Source of the DNA: Octopus sinensis
Lineage: Eukaryota
Direction of reading: 5' to 3'
Assembly: GCF_006345805.1 (NCBI RefSeq)
Contig: NC_042999.1
Coordinates: 72,230,001-72,294,000, forward strand
DNA length: 64,000 bases
Shown: positions 28,698 through 41,599 of the stretch, one piece after another
Position numbering within the stretch: the stretch's first letter is position 1
How the letters are laid out: each line of letters opens with the position of its first letter
Made by a program: the position numbers and the translations under genes
The notes under the pieces: generated by a model
The model's database searches: none
What the model saw: only the letters and a program-made list of their open reading frames with translations
Told to the model about the DNA's origin: nothing

Positions 28698-29180
28698 GTA
28701 TATATATATATATATGTGTGTGTGTATATATATATATTCTTTCCTCTCTCTTCCTTCTTATGTTTCCGACGAAGAGCTCCGCTCGAAACGTCATACCTCC
28801 CTGCTTCCTCTCCTGAGCGCCTATTAATAATAATACTGTAATTGTTCCTGTTGTTGTGTTTTTTTGTTTCCCTTTGGATTAAAATTATATATATATATAT
28901 ATATATATATTGTGTGTGTGTGTGCGTGTGTGCGTGCGTGTGCGTGTGTGCGTGCGCGTGCGTGTGTGTGTGCGTGTGTGTGTGTGTTCAAAGGGTATTA
29001 CGATGTTATTTTCTCCCTCTGGAGATATTATGCTCAGGTCACATAAATTTAGTATTTACTGATTATTAATTGAAAGAGTTGTAAGGGATGATTAATTGGC
29101 TGTTAATAATAAATTATCATTAACTTCCCAATCTTTATATATATATTAATATATATATATAATATATAATATATAATATA

Positions 29181-29450
29181 TAGTAAAATACAGTGTGCAT
29201 TTAAACACATAAGAGATTACCATAATAGAACATCAGACTCACTAGAAAGAGCAGTTAAACTCCAAACCACCAATAGTTGTACTTCTGAAAGAGAAAGAGA
29301 AATAAAAACGTTTACCCTATCGTTTTCATTTCTCTTTCTCTTTCAGAATTACAATTGTTGGTGGTTTGGAGTTTAACTGCTCTTTCTAGTGAGTCAGATG
29401 TCCTATTATGGTCATCTCTTATGTGTTTAAATGCACACTGTATTTTTCTA
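29181..29450. repeat. Long palindrome (~130-bp arms, 10-nt loop)
   Basis: AAAATACAGTGTGCATTTAAACACATAAGAG...AAAAACG-tttaccctat-CGTTTT...CTCTTATGTGTTTAAATGCACACTGTATTTT. Confidence 0.92.
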
Positions 29451-29540
29451 TGAATAATATATAGTATTCACTATTCATCCTTCTCGCTAGACCACTGGTA
29501 GCGGAGAATTTTTCTAAAAATTTTTGCTACCTGAGATTCA

Positions 29541-29587
<47 letters not shown>

Positions 29588-29599
29588 TATTTATGGGAT

Positions 29600-29677
<78 letters not shown>

Positions 29678-29680
<3 letters not shown>

Positions 29681-30495
29681 ATAAATAATGTTTTTTTTTT
29701 TTTTTTCAGTTGCATGAACTAAAGATCGGATGGGGACGGGATAAACTAACCTGCATCAACTTGCTATAAAACAGGGAGTAATTTTATCTCTTATTCTTAT
29801 TTTCAGTGAGAGTTTTGAAGAGTGTAGTTCGATTTTTAACAGCTATTTTTTCAAAGCTATAATGGAAGTGTCAAAGTAGCATATTCGGCATATTTTGCTT
29901 TATATGTTCAATAAAGGCAACAATGCAACGAAAAGTCAAGGATTATTAATGCAGTATATACTGGATCGAACAATAAGCGTAAACCAGTGTCAACAGTGGT
30001 TCCAGAAATTTTGAGCCGGAAACTACAGCCTAGTAGACGAGCCTCCTCTTGGAAGATATGAAGAGCTCGAAGATGACGTCCTGCGAAACCTGGTGGAACA
30101 AAATCCCAATTTATCTGTTGAGGAACTAGCAGATAAGCTTGGATTTGGTCAGTCAACCATTCATCGTCACCTGCATGCCATCAAAAAAATCAATGGGATC
30201 CTCAGAAACTTTCCGAGTCTAATTGCACGCAAAGAGTAAAAGTGTGCTCTTCTTTGCTGTCACGTCTAACGAATGAGCCATTTTTGGAGCGAATAGTGGC
30301 CGGTGACGAGAAATGGGTTCCCTGTAAAAATGTCAAGCGCCGAAGACAGTGGATAGCGAAAGGAGAAACACCGGCACCCCTGACAAAAGAAGGTCTTCAC
30401 CCACGTAAAATGTTATCTGTGTGGTGGGATATGAAAGGTTTAGTCCACTTTTAACTTTTAAACCCAAACCAAACGATAACAAAGAGATCTACTAA
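29678..30495 (+). mobile_element. Mariner element, 3'-truncated, with transposase pseudogene
   Basis: The ATG at 29862 gives MEVSK*HIRHILLYMFNKGNNATKS. Downstream frames give RIVAGDEKWV (TGDEKW motif) and MLSVWWDMKG. Contains stops and frameshifts. Confidence 0.9.
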
Positions 30496-30583
30496 TAAAT
30501 TTTACCAAGTAGTTTCGGTATGTAAAGAGGGTCATTATCGGTAGGAACTTTTACAAAATGTCTTTTTATATATAAATATAATT

Positions 30584-30828
30584 AAGGGTTAAGTAACAAG
30601 TTGCTCAACCACATACCGAAAATTTAGAAATAGCAGCCAAAAACTGCTTATTCCTTTAACTACAGATATTACTCCACAGATAACAATACTTGTAACTCAC
30701 ATTTGCCTATGTGAGTTACAAGTATTGTTATCTGTGCAGTAATATCTTTAGTTAAAAGGAATAAGCTGTCTTTGGCTGCTATTTCTAAATTTTCGGTATG
30801 TAGTTAAGCAAATTGTTGCTTAACCCTT
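30584..30828. repeat. Long palindrome (~118-bp arms, short loop)
   Basis: AAGGGTTAAG...CAGATAACAATACTTGTAACTCACA-tttgccta-TGTGAGTTACAAGTATTGTTATCTG...CTTAACCCTT. Confidence 0.92.
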
Positions 30829-30841
30829 CATTATATTTATA

Positions 30842-30921
<80 letters not shown>

Positions 30922-31420
30922 GAATAAGTAAACTTGTGTATGTGAATATGCATGCGTATATGTACGTGTGTTTGTATGTATATATACATAATTAAATAGG
31001 TGTGCGTGAGTATATATAAATATATATATAGCTATGTACATATAAATGTGTGTATTATGCAACAAAATCGGTTATAGAACTAGAAATATATAATTTACGT
31101 AATTTCAGATTATTTGTTTATGATTAAGCTCGCTTTAAAAAGCCTTTTTTTTAATCCGTTAGCAGTTATGAACATTTTCAATTGCTATTTTTCGTGAAAT
31201 ACTTAAGAAGATATGTCAATCTGATGAAATCTCATTATATTTTAACGGGATTTTATTATTCTTGGAAAACTTGGTTTTATTAACGAAGTGGAAACAGCTG
31301 TAATTCATGAGATGTGTCAGTTGTTCGTATAAAATAATGAAATTGAATTGAATTTATCATTTAATGATTAATTATTTCATTGGTCAATTTATTGTTTTTG
31401 TTTCCATTTCTAATATATAC

Positions 31421-31451
<31 letters not shown>

Positions 31452-31719
31452 ATATATTATATAATATATATGCATGTATGTATGTATGTATGTATGTATG
31501 TATGTATGTGTGTGTGCGTGTGTGTGTTTATGAGCTTGAGGGGGTGGGGATGAGTCGATTACAATAAGGATGGAAGGTAAAGTCGACCTAGGCGGAATCA
31601 GAATTCAGAACGTAGCGGTAGACGAAATACTGCTAAGCATATTTCTGTATTAAATAATTTTTCGTATATTTTAGCGCTGACTGAGAATCCTTTCTATAAC
31701 TTCATGCTCACTATCAGGT

Positions 31720-32050
31720 AAAAGCCTGGTCCTCCGTCTGCTTCGACAACGAGCGTTGCAGTTCTGATCAACGGAACAGTCTGCTCATGAAGGTAACATG
31801 CATGTGACTGAGCACTCCACAGACACGCAACCTTAACGTAGTTCTCAGTGAGATTCAGTGTGACACAGAATATGACAAGGCTGTTTTTTTTTTTTTGAAT
31901 GACAGGTACAACTTATATTTGCCAGCCGAGTGAACTGCAGCAATGCCAAACAAAGTGTCTTCCTGAAGGAAACTACTCGCCACTGGCGTTTGAACTCACG
32001 ACTTTACAATCGTGAGCCGAATGCCTTAACCCCTAACCCACGCGCCTTCA
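31720..32050 (-). mobile_element. tRNA-derived SINE, second family
   Basis: Minus-strand head GGCGCGTGGGTTAGGGG...GAGTTCAAAC. The body is collinear with 56690-56960. Confidence 0.65.
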
Positions 32051-32461
32051 CTTCACTGTCATGTACGGACACACAAAAACACATGCGTGGTTGTATGTAT
32101 ACGTATATGTGTACGTGCTTGCGTATGTATGTATGTGTGTAAAGGTATATTTACGTATATACATATTCTTATTGTTTTTTAAGGAAACAAGATCAGATTA
32201 TTGTAATCAATAATACATCATATTTTTCTATAAAGTTTTGTTGTGGAAAAATGAAGCCTTATCATAGAGTCGACCTATCTTATATCAGCCCCCCAAAATT
32301 TATCGTGAGCAAACAAATTCTTTTTTTTAGATATAATAGATATAATAAAATCTTATCATTTAATCTACATTTCGACTATCGAGTTTATCTTTCAAAATGC
32401 ACGTGGGGATATATAATGCTATATATATATATATGGGTGTGTGTGTGTGTGTGCATGTATG

Positions 32462-32527
<66 letters not shown>

Positions 32528-32614
32528 GAATATATTTGTACACATTTAGTCAGTATTCCTTCGCTTTAATGTAAATTTGTATTTATCCGAACATAAACGA
32601 ACACTTATATACAT

Positions 32615-32659
<45 letters not shown>

Positions 32660-33236
32660 TATGTGACGTACCCGATAATTCCCGGGATAGCGGAGCTTAT
32701 CCCTTGGTTCTGTTCTCATAACTGTTTCGCTAATCCAATAACAACAATACTAAGTATGTAGCCCTTAAAACGATTTTTCTGCATTTACAGAGAATACCAA
32801 ACTGTTTTACACAAGATCTTGTTTTTAGGAATTCCCAATAAGTTATGAATACCCAAATTTTGAAGTCAGTTATGTAATAACATGAAATTAGTTACCCAAT
32901 AGTAATAATTCAAATAAAGTATCCCTGAAAAGGGCTTTAATGCGTTCCCTGAGTATATAGAACATATAGGCGGAAATACTAATAAGGTATGTATACTAAA
33001 ATCGTGAAGCATATTACGGAATAACAGATTAATCAGGTATGAGATAATAATTCAAAGTAAATAACTCCGAAAAGAGCATTGAGTATGTGCTATTATTTGG
33101 GCGAGTATCACCTGTATAACTCTGAGCCAACGACTAACTTATGAGAAAATTTATGGGACAGAAACTGAGTGGAACCCCATCATATGTGCTTGTGTGTGTG
33201 TCTGTATTTATATATAGTTATGTATATATGTGTGTA

Positions 33237-33320
<84 letters not shown>

Positions 33321-33518
33321 ATAAGTGTGTGCGTGTCTGAGTGTATATTTCTTCTACGCTGATTGGTTTTCTCATATCCCCTTATTCAATTAGTCGGTTA
33401 GAGATAGGCCCTGAAAGATTAAATAATAGGCTGGGATATAAGTATCGATTTGCTAAGCTAAAATTTTCAAGAAACTGCTCCAGCACGGCCACTGTCAAAT
33501 GGCTGAAACTGATAAGAG

Positions 33519-33550
<32 letters not shown>

Positions 33551-33581
33551 TGTATGTATGTATGTATGTATGTATATATAT

Positions 33582-33612
<31 letters not shown>

Positions 33613-34197
33613 GTATGTATATATATATGTATGTATATATATATATATATGTGAGTGTGTCTGTGTGTGTATATATATATATACAATCAAACTAAGCAAC
33701 AAGGATATCCAGAGGTAATGCAGTACGATCGTTTCATGCAACTCCATTTAATTGAACAATGCAATGCAATCATTGCATCAATTTAAAATGCAAAACAATC
33801 CTCAGCAGCACAAAGAGATAGAATTTAATTAAATTAGAACAGATGGACACATTAGTATAATTATACCTAAAATCTCCAAGAAGTTAAGGAGATAGACAAA
33901 GAACACATGCATATACATATATATGTATATATATATACGTGTATATACATATATGTATATATATGCCTATACATACATACATACATATGCTATAAGTGCG
34001 TTTAATGCATTTGTGTGTATATGTGTATGCATGTGCTTCTGTGCATATACTAAGAGATTCATTATATATGCACACATACTTACACGCTGATGCACTGTTA
34101 CACACAATACAACTTTTGTGACTGCAGTGTATCTCTTTGAGATCAACTGCCGTTCCCTTCTACAAAATGTCTCCTGTCTCGTCTGTCCCTCTCCTCT

Positions 34198-34249
<52 letters not shown>

Positions 34250-35091
34250 ACATCTCGTTTTTATCAATTTTGTCCCTTCCCTTCACTCGCTCTTCAATAT
34301 ATGCCTATATCTCTTTTTACCTACTTATCTATGTATCTAACATGTTACCAAAGAAGAAATAGGGCAGTTGTTCTAATAGCTGGTAAGAGCGGTCAAATGC
34401 ACATTGATTTTTAAATAGGACACATTGGACCACATATTTCCTAATATACCAAAAGACATCTTGTCACTCTTACAATAAACATTGTATATACAACAATATT
34501 TTGTAATCGTGGCTAGAATACTTTTTAGCCTTGGCCTGTCCCGGTATATGAATACGGAAATGCAGAAGCAAGAAATAACCAATTTTTTCTCCAAAAGATT
34601 ATATATATCACAATCACCAAAATCAATGCAAAAGCAATCAATCAAATCCCACAGAGTATCTTTAGATAGCGTGTGCAATGCATATTCCTAATATTTACTA
34701 ACATGCACAGTGTGCATGTTAGGACATATCTTTTGTGCTTTAACTTGTTTCAGTCATTGGACAGCATCCAGGTTGAGACATCGCCTTTACGTGTTCAATC
34801 GATCGAATCCACCCTGTTCGCTCTGCTGAACTGCTAAATTACGAGGAAGTAAACAAATCAACAACAGTCGTCAAGTGTTAAGTGATCAAACACATAATAT
34901 GCCATAGTTCTAGTTCGAAGTAAATATATTTAATTGATATATTGAGAAATTATTTCCTACTTTCCATGCGATTGCTTTATGTAGATATGAAGATAATTCT
35001 GTTGGATGAGAAGATATATGTGTATATATATATAATATATATATATATAATATATATATTATATATATATATATAACATATATATATACAC

Positions 35092-35123
<32 letters not shown>

Positions 35124-35128
35124 TATAC

Positions 35129-35172
<44 letters not shown>

Positions 35173-35225
35173 CATATATATATATAAATACATATATATA
35201 TATATATATACATATAATATATATT

Positions 35226-35287
<62 letters not shown>

Positions 35288-35460
35288 TTTTATGCATATA
35301 TATGAATGTATGCATGTATGACAGTGAGATAACAAAGGAATAAATGATTGTCATATGAACTTCATTGGCTTACAGGTGTATCTGTTATAGGACGCAGTGA
35401 ACTCATAGTGCAGTGTCTGACTAACAACATAGCTTCATCAGAACCTCAAATATATATATA

Positions 35461-35900
35461 TCTTTATATATATAAAACTGAGAATGTGTGTCTGTCTGTC
35501 TGTCTGTCTGTGTGTTTCCCTAAAACTCGAGAACTACACAACCAATTTCATTCAAATTTTACACATGTCTTACTTAGGGTCCGGGGAGTGTCATCGGCAA
35601 AACAAATTTTGAAATTTTTGCCTAGGGCGAGCCCACAGCAATATCATATCTTCTCCCCTACGATTCCCTAAAACTTGAGAACTACACAACCAATTCCATT
35701 CAAATTTTACACATGCCTTACATAGGGGCCATGTAGTTTCATGGGCAATAAAAATGTTTAACTTCTTGCCTAGAGCGAGCCCATAGCAATATCATATCTT
35801 CTCCACTATTTCAGTATTACGTGTTAAAAGTGAAACAAAAACGTTTCTCTATTTTATGTCAGATACTTTCACTTTAACAATAAAAATAATAATAACAATT
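35461..35900 (+). mobile_element. Helitron-like 5' region with (GTCT)n and a ~145-bp internal tandem duplication
   Basis: Starts A|TCTTTATATATATAAAACTGAG followed by (TCTG)n, the layout of non-autonomous invertebrate Helitrons. Direct repeats at 35518-35658 and 35666-35805. Confidence 0.65.
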
Positions 35901-36049
35901 GAATTATATGTAGTAAGTAATAATTAAAATCAAACTAAAGTATAATATAATCGTAACATAACAAAAGTAAAATAGCAAATTGGTATAAAATTGCATCAAT
36001 GACTTGAACTTGAATAAGTGGTTTCACATAATGGGAATAAATTAAAAAT

Positions 36050-36152
36050 AAAATTAGCGTGCAGAATGGAATAGTCCAATGGATAAAAAATTAAATTAAA
36101 GAAAAGACTATTGTCTATAGTATACATGTAGAGAAAAAAGAGATTTTGAACA
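36050..36152 (+). pseudogene. 5' part of an older LINE ORF1 paralogue (D), interrupted by the array
   Basis: 36104-36151 reads KTIVYSIHVEKKEILN (compare unit A KTVTYRTQDKSTKKLAR) and continues in frame at 55660 as MEKSTFEKCLG. Confidence 0.65.
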
Positions 36153-36290
36153 GCGTGTCGGAAATTTACCTCACGTGTGTTGTATCTGTGAGTAGACGTT
36201 GAAATTTCTTGTGTAAAGTGATTAATATGCGCGCAGGCATTTGCCTCCACGTTTGGAACCTTCTGAAGAAGGTGAATTGACCCTCTAGTC

Positions 36291-37670
36291 ATGGCGACTT
36301 ACGCGGGGGTCACGGGAAAGAATAATAATGATTCGGCAATAATCGTGAAGGATGTTTTCTTTGAGAAAAGTAAAATCAAAAATATGAAAAGCCTATCAAA
36401 AGGGAGGGTGATAGCGTGAAGCTAATCCCCCGCGAAGCAAAGGAGGACAAGGAAAACAAAACGTAACGTATAGAACCCAGGACAAAAGTACAAAGAAACT
36501 GGCAAGAGTGGAGATAGCAGAGATCGAAAAATGTCTGGGAGACATAATGGATAAATCGACCTACGTGAGTAGAGGAAAAAAATTTGGTACCGGTGGAGGT
36601 GAGATGTGCACGGAACAGAAATTGCAGCCTCTCACTGGCTACCACTGTTCTAAGATCGGAAAATTTATAATGTGGCCCTCATACAAGGGAAGAAGAGGGG
36701 TCCGGGTTAAAATCCCGAATATACCCCCAGAAGTAAAAACAGAATGGCTGGCAACAGCTTTCTAGGAGCAGCAGAAAAAAGAGGAGTGAGGGGAATCCTT
36801 TAAGGAGTCCAACGCAGTAAATTGGAGAGGATATGGGGTAGACTGTGTTGTTGATGGCCACAAAAGAGGACATTGAAAGGTTCCCCTATAGAATAGAAAT
36901 CGAAGACGAGAAACCCTCAGTGTAATTGTAGAGGGAAGAAAGCCAAACTGCTACTTGTGCGGGACAAGGGGCACATTAAAAAAGAGTGCCCGTTATATGA
37001 TTCATGGCGGAGTATGAGAAGGAAAATGAAGAAAAGAAGAATACGGGAAATGAAAAAGAAAACATAGAAAAGGAGACAAACCAAGAGAAGGAAATAATAG
37101 TCAACGAAGAAAGAAATAAAAGAAAAGAAAGAAATAGAACCAAAACAGAGTCAGGAAAAGAAAAAAGGAAAAAGAAACAACAGGAAAAACAAGAGAGAGA
37201 ACAGAACCAAACGAAAGAAAAGACGGCACACAAAAAGAAAAAGAAAAGAAACATAAACACAGAAGAAAGAGAAACAGACAAAGAACCAAAAGACAAGAGA
37301 AGGAAGAAGAAAGAAAAGAAGGCAAAAAGAGAGAAGAGAGAAACAAAGAGAGGAGAACAAGGAAGAAATAAGCCCAAAAGAAAAACGAGAGAAAACGTAG
37401 GACGGAACAAGATTACTACAAGTTATAACCTCCATTCCAGCCCCGAAATGAAGGAATTGACATGTAGTATGGAGGGACATGTGTGGGTCAACAGGATGAC
37501 TGATCAGTGGCAGGAGACTGCTCTGATCCCCGAAGAAAGAGTCGCTGAGTTCCTCAGAGCAGCTGGAGAGAGTGTAATTTTTTAACCCGGTTGTTCGAGT
37601 GAAAGAGGGCTGCCTGAGGGCTCAGTGATTGACTTTAGAGACTTGAAAAGTAATTATGGAATACGTGTGA
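36291..37670 (+). CDS. ORF1-like CCHC zinc-knuckle nucleic-acid-binding protein, unit A1 (frameshifted as assembled)
   Basis: ATGGCGACTTAC start. ORF 37004-37585 shows the K/E/R-rich tract and the C-terminal domain in one frame. Confidence 0.75.
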
Positions 37671-38045
37671 GATTGTGAGAGGAGAGAGAAGAAAGAAGAG
37701 AAAAAAGAAAAAAAAATTGTGAACTATAGGTGACGAAAATGTAACCTCTCGATTCCGGGGATCGAGTGGGCATTTGCATCTCATTGTAAATATTCTTTCA
37801 TTTGTCATTTTTATTTTTATTTTTTTCCTTCTTGTCATTTCGCTTTCTTATTTTAAGTTCCCCGATTGTATTGTCCCCTCTATGTTCGCCCCTTGTGGGT
37901 ATAAAAATCAGTGTCGGAATTTACCCACGTGTGTTGTTATCTGTGATTAGACGTTGAAATTTTGTTGTGTAAAGTGATTAATATCGCGCAGGCATTTGCC
38001 TCCACGTTTGGAAACCTCTGAAGAAGGTGAATTGACCCTCTAGTC

Positions 38046-39439
38046 ATGGCGACTTACGCGGGGGTCACGGGAAAGAATAATAATGATTCGGCAATAATCG
38101 TGAAGGATGTTTTCTTGAGAAAAGTAAAATCAAAGAATATGAAAAGCTATTCAAAGGGAGGGTGATAGCGTGAAGCTAATCCCCCCCGCGAAAGCAAAGG
38201 AGGACAAGGAAAACAAACTGTAACGTATAGAACCCAGGACAAAAGTACAAAGAAACTGGCAAGAGTGGAGATAGCAGAGATCGAAAAATGTCTGGGAGAC
38301 ATAATGGATAAATCGACCTACGTGAGTAGAGGAAAAAATTTGGTACGGTGGAGGTGAGATGTGGCAACGGAAGAAATTGCAGCCTCACTGGCTACCACTG
38401 TTCTAAGAGCGGAAACATTTATAATGTGGCCCTCATACAAGGGAAGAAGAGGGGTCCGGGTTAAAATCCCGAATATACCCCCAGAAGTAAAAACAGAATG
38501 GCTGGCAACAGCTATTCTAGGAGCAGCAGAAGAGGAAGTGGAGGTGGAATCCTTAAGGAGTCCAACGCAGTAAATTGGAGAGGATATGGGGTAGAACTGT
38601 GTTTGATGGCCACAAAAGAGGACATTGAAAGGTTCCCCTATAGAATAGAAATCGAAGACGAGAAAACCCTCAGTGTAATTGTAGAGGGAAGAAGAAAGCC
38701 AAACTGCTACTTGTGCGGGACAAGGGGGCACATTAAAAAAGAGTGCCCGTTATATGAATTCATGGCGGTATGAGAAGGAAAATGAAGAAAAGAAGAATAC
38801 GGGAAATGAAAAAGAAAACATAGAAAAGGAGACAAAACACAACAAGAAAGGAAATAATAAGTCAACGAAGGAAAAAGAAATAAAAGAAAAGAAAGAAATA
38901 GAACCAAAACAGAGTCAGGAAAAGAAAAAGGAAAAGAAAACAACAGGAAAAAAACAAGAGAGAGAACAGAACCAAACGAAAAGAAAAGACGGCACACAAA
39001 AAGAAAAAGAAAAGGAACATAAAACACGAGAGAAAGAGAGAACAGACAAAGAACCAAAAAGACAAGAGAAGGAAGAAGAAAGAAAAGAAGGCAAAAGAGA
39101 AAGAGAGAAACAAAGAGAGGAGAACAAGGAAGAATAAGCCCGAAAAGAAAAACGAGAGAAAACGTAGGACGGAAACAAGATTACTACAAGTTAATAACCT
39201 TCCATTCCAGCCCCGAAATGAAGGAATTGACATGTAGTATGGAGGGACATGTGTGGGTCAACAGGATGACTGATCAGTGGCAGGAGACTGCTCTGATCCC
39301 CGAAGAAAGAGTCGCTGAGTTCCTCAGAGCAGCTGGAGAGAGTGTAATTTTTTACACGGGTGTTCGAGTGAAAGAGCGGCTGCCTGAGGGCTCAGTGATT
39401 GACTTTAGAGACTTGAAAAGTATTATGGAATACGTGTGA
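38046..39439 (+). CDS. ORF1-like zinc-knuckle protein, unit A2 (frameshifted as assembled)
   Basis: Same sequence as the other A units. Contains CYLCGTRGHIKKEC and ends SIMEYV*. Confidence 0.78.
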
Positions 39440-39824
39440 GATTGTGAGAGGAGAGAGAAGAAAGAAGAGAAAAAAGAAAAAAAAAAATTGTGAACTATAG
39501 GTGACGAAAATGTAACCTCTCGATTCCGGGGATCGAGTGGGCATTTGCATCTCATTGTAAATATTCTTTCATTTGTCATTTTTATTTTTATTTTTTCCCT
39601 TCTTGTCATTTCGCTTTCTTATTTTAAGTTCCCCGATTGTATTGTCCCCTCTATGTTCGCCCCTTGTGGGTAGTAATAAAATCAGCGTGTCGGAAATTTA
39701 CCCACGTGTGTTGTTATCTGTGATTAGACGTTGAAATTTTGTTGTGTAAAGTGATTAATATCGCGCAAGGCATTTGCCTCCACGTTTGGAAACCTTCTGA
39801 AGAAGGTGAATTGACCCTCTAGTC

Positions 39825-41218
39825 ATGGCGACTTACGCGGGGGTCACGGGAAAGAATAATAATGATTCGGCAATAATCGTGAAGGATGTTTTCTTTGAGA
39901 AAAGTAAAATCAAAGAATATGAAAAGCTATTCAAAAGGGAGGGTGATAGCGTGAAGCTAATCCCCCCCGCGAAAGCAAAGGAGGACAAGGAAAACAAAAC
40001 TGTAACGTATAGAACCCAGGACAAAAGTACAAAGAAACTGGCAAGAGTGGAGATAGCAGAGATCGAAAAATGTCTGGGAGACATAATGGATAAATCGACC
40101 TACGTGAGTAGAGGAAAAAAATTTGGTACGGTGGAGGTGAGATGTGCAACGGAAGAAATTGCAGCCTCACTGGCTACCACTGTTCTAAGAGCGGAAACAT
40201 TTATAATGTGGCCCTCATACAAGGGAAGAAGAGGGGTCCGGGTTAAAATCCCGAATATACCCCCAGAAGTAAAAACAGAATGGCTGGCAACAGCTATTCT
40301 AGGAGCAGCAGAAGAGGAAGTGGAGGTGGAATCCTTTAAGGAGTCCAACGCAGTAAATTGGAGAGGATATGGGGTAGAACTGTGTTTGATGGCCACAAAA
40401 GAGGACATTGAAAGGTTCCCCTATAGAATAGAAATCGAAGACGAGAAAACCCTCAGTGTAATTGTAGAGGGAAGAAAGCCAAACTGCTACTTGTGCGGGA
40501 CAAGGGGGCACATTAAAAAAGAGTGCCCGTTATATGAATTCATGGCGGAGTATGAGAAGGAAAATGAAGAAAAGAAGAATACGGGAAATGAAAAAGAAAA
40601 CATAGAAAGGAGACAAAACAACAAGAGAAAGGAAATAATATCAACGAAGGAAAAAGAATAAAAGAAAAGAAAGAAATAGAACCAAAACAGAGTCAGGAAA
40701 AGAAAAGGAAAAGAAGACAACAGGAAAAAAACAAGAGAGAGAACAGAACCAAACGAAAAGAAAAGACGGCACACAAAAAGAAAAAGAAAAGGAACATAAA
40801 ACACGAGAGAAAGAGAGAACAGACAAAGAACCAAAAGACAAGAGAAGGAAGAAGAAAGAAAAGAAGGCAAAAAGAGAGAAAGAGAGAAACAAAGAGAGGA
40901 GAACAAGGAAGAAATAAGCCCGAAAAGAAAAACGAGAGAAAACGTAGGACGGAAACAAGATTACTACAAGTTAATAACCTTCCATTCCAGCCCCGAAATG
41001 AAGGAATTGACATGTAGTATGGAGGGACATTGTGGGTCAACAGGATGACTGATCAGTGGCAGGAGACTGCTCTGATCCCCGAAGAAAGAGTCGCTGAGTT
41101 CCTCAGAGCAGCTGGAGAGAGTGTAATTTTTTACACGGGTGTTCGAGTGAAAGAGCGGCTGCCTGAGGGCTCAGTGATTGACTTTAGAGACTTGAAAAGT
41201 ATTATGGAATACGTGTGA
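39825..41218 (+). CDS. ORF1-like zinc-knuckle protein, unit A3 (~465-aa consensus; frameshifted as assembled)
   Basis: A 278-aa open frame from MATYAGVTG through CYLCGTRGHIKKEC (CX2CX4HX4C), then a basic tract and the C-terminal domain ending SIMEYV*. Confidence 0.82.
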
Positions 41219-41599
41219 GATTGTGAGAGGAGAGAGAAGAAGAAGAGAAAAAAAAAAAAAAAAATTGTGAACTATAGGTGACGAAAATGTAACCTCTCGA
41301 TTCCGGGGATCGAGTGGGCATTTGCATCTCATTGTAAATATTCTTTCATTTGTCATTTTTATTTTTATTTTTTCCCTTCTTGTCATTTCGCTTTCTTATT
41401 TTAAGTTCCCCGATTGTATTGTCCCCTCTATGTTCGCCCCTTGTGGTAGTAATAAAATCAGCGTGTCGGAAATTACCCACGTGTGTTGTTATCTGTGATT
41501 AGACGTTGAAATTTTGTTGTGTAAAGTGATTAATATCGCGCAAGGCATTTGCCTCCACGTTTGGAAACCTTCTGAAGAAGGTGAATTGACCCTCTAGTC

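Noticed and set aside
32660-33130. TGTGAC-starting segment with short internal direct repeats, possible solo LTR
   Set aside because: No matching end, TSD or second copy could be identified in the window.
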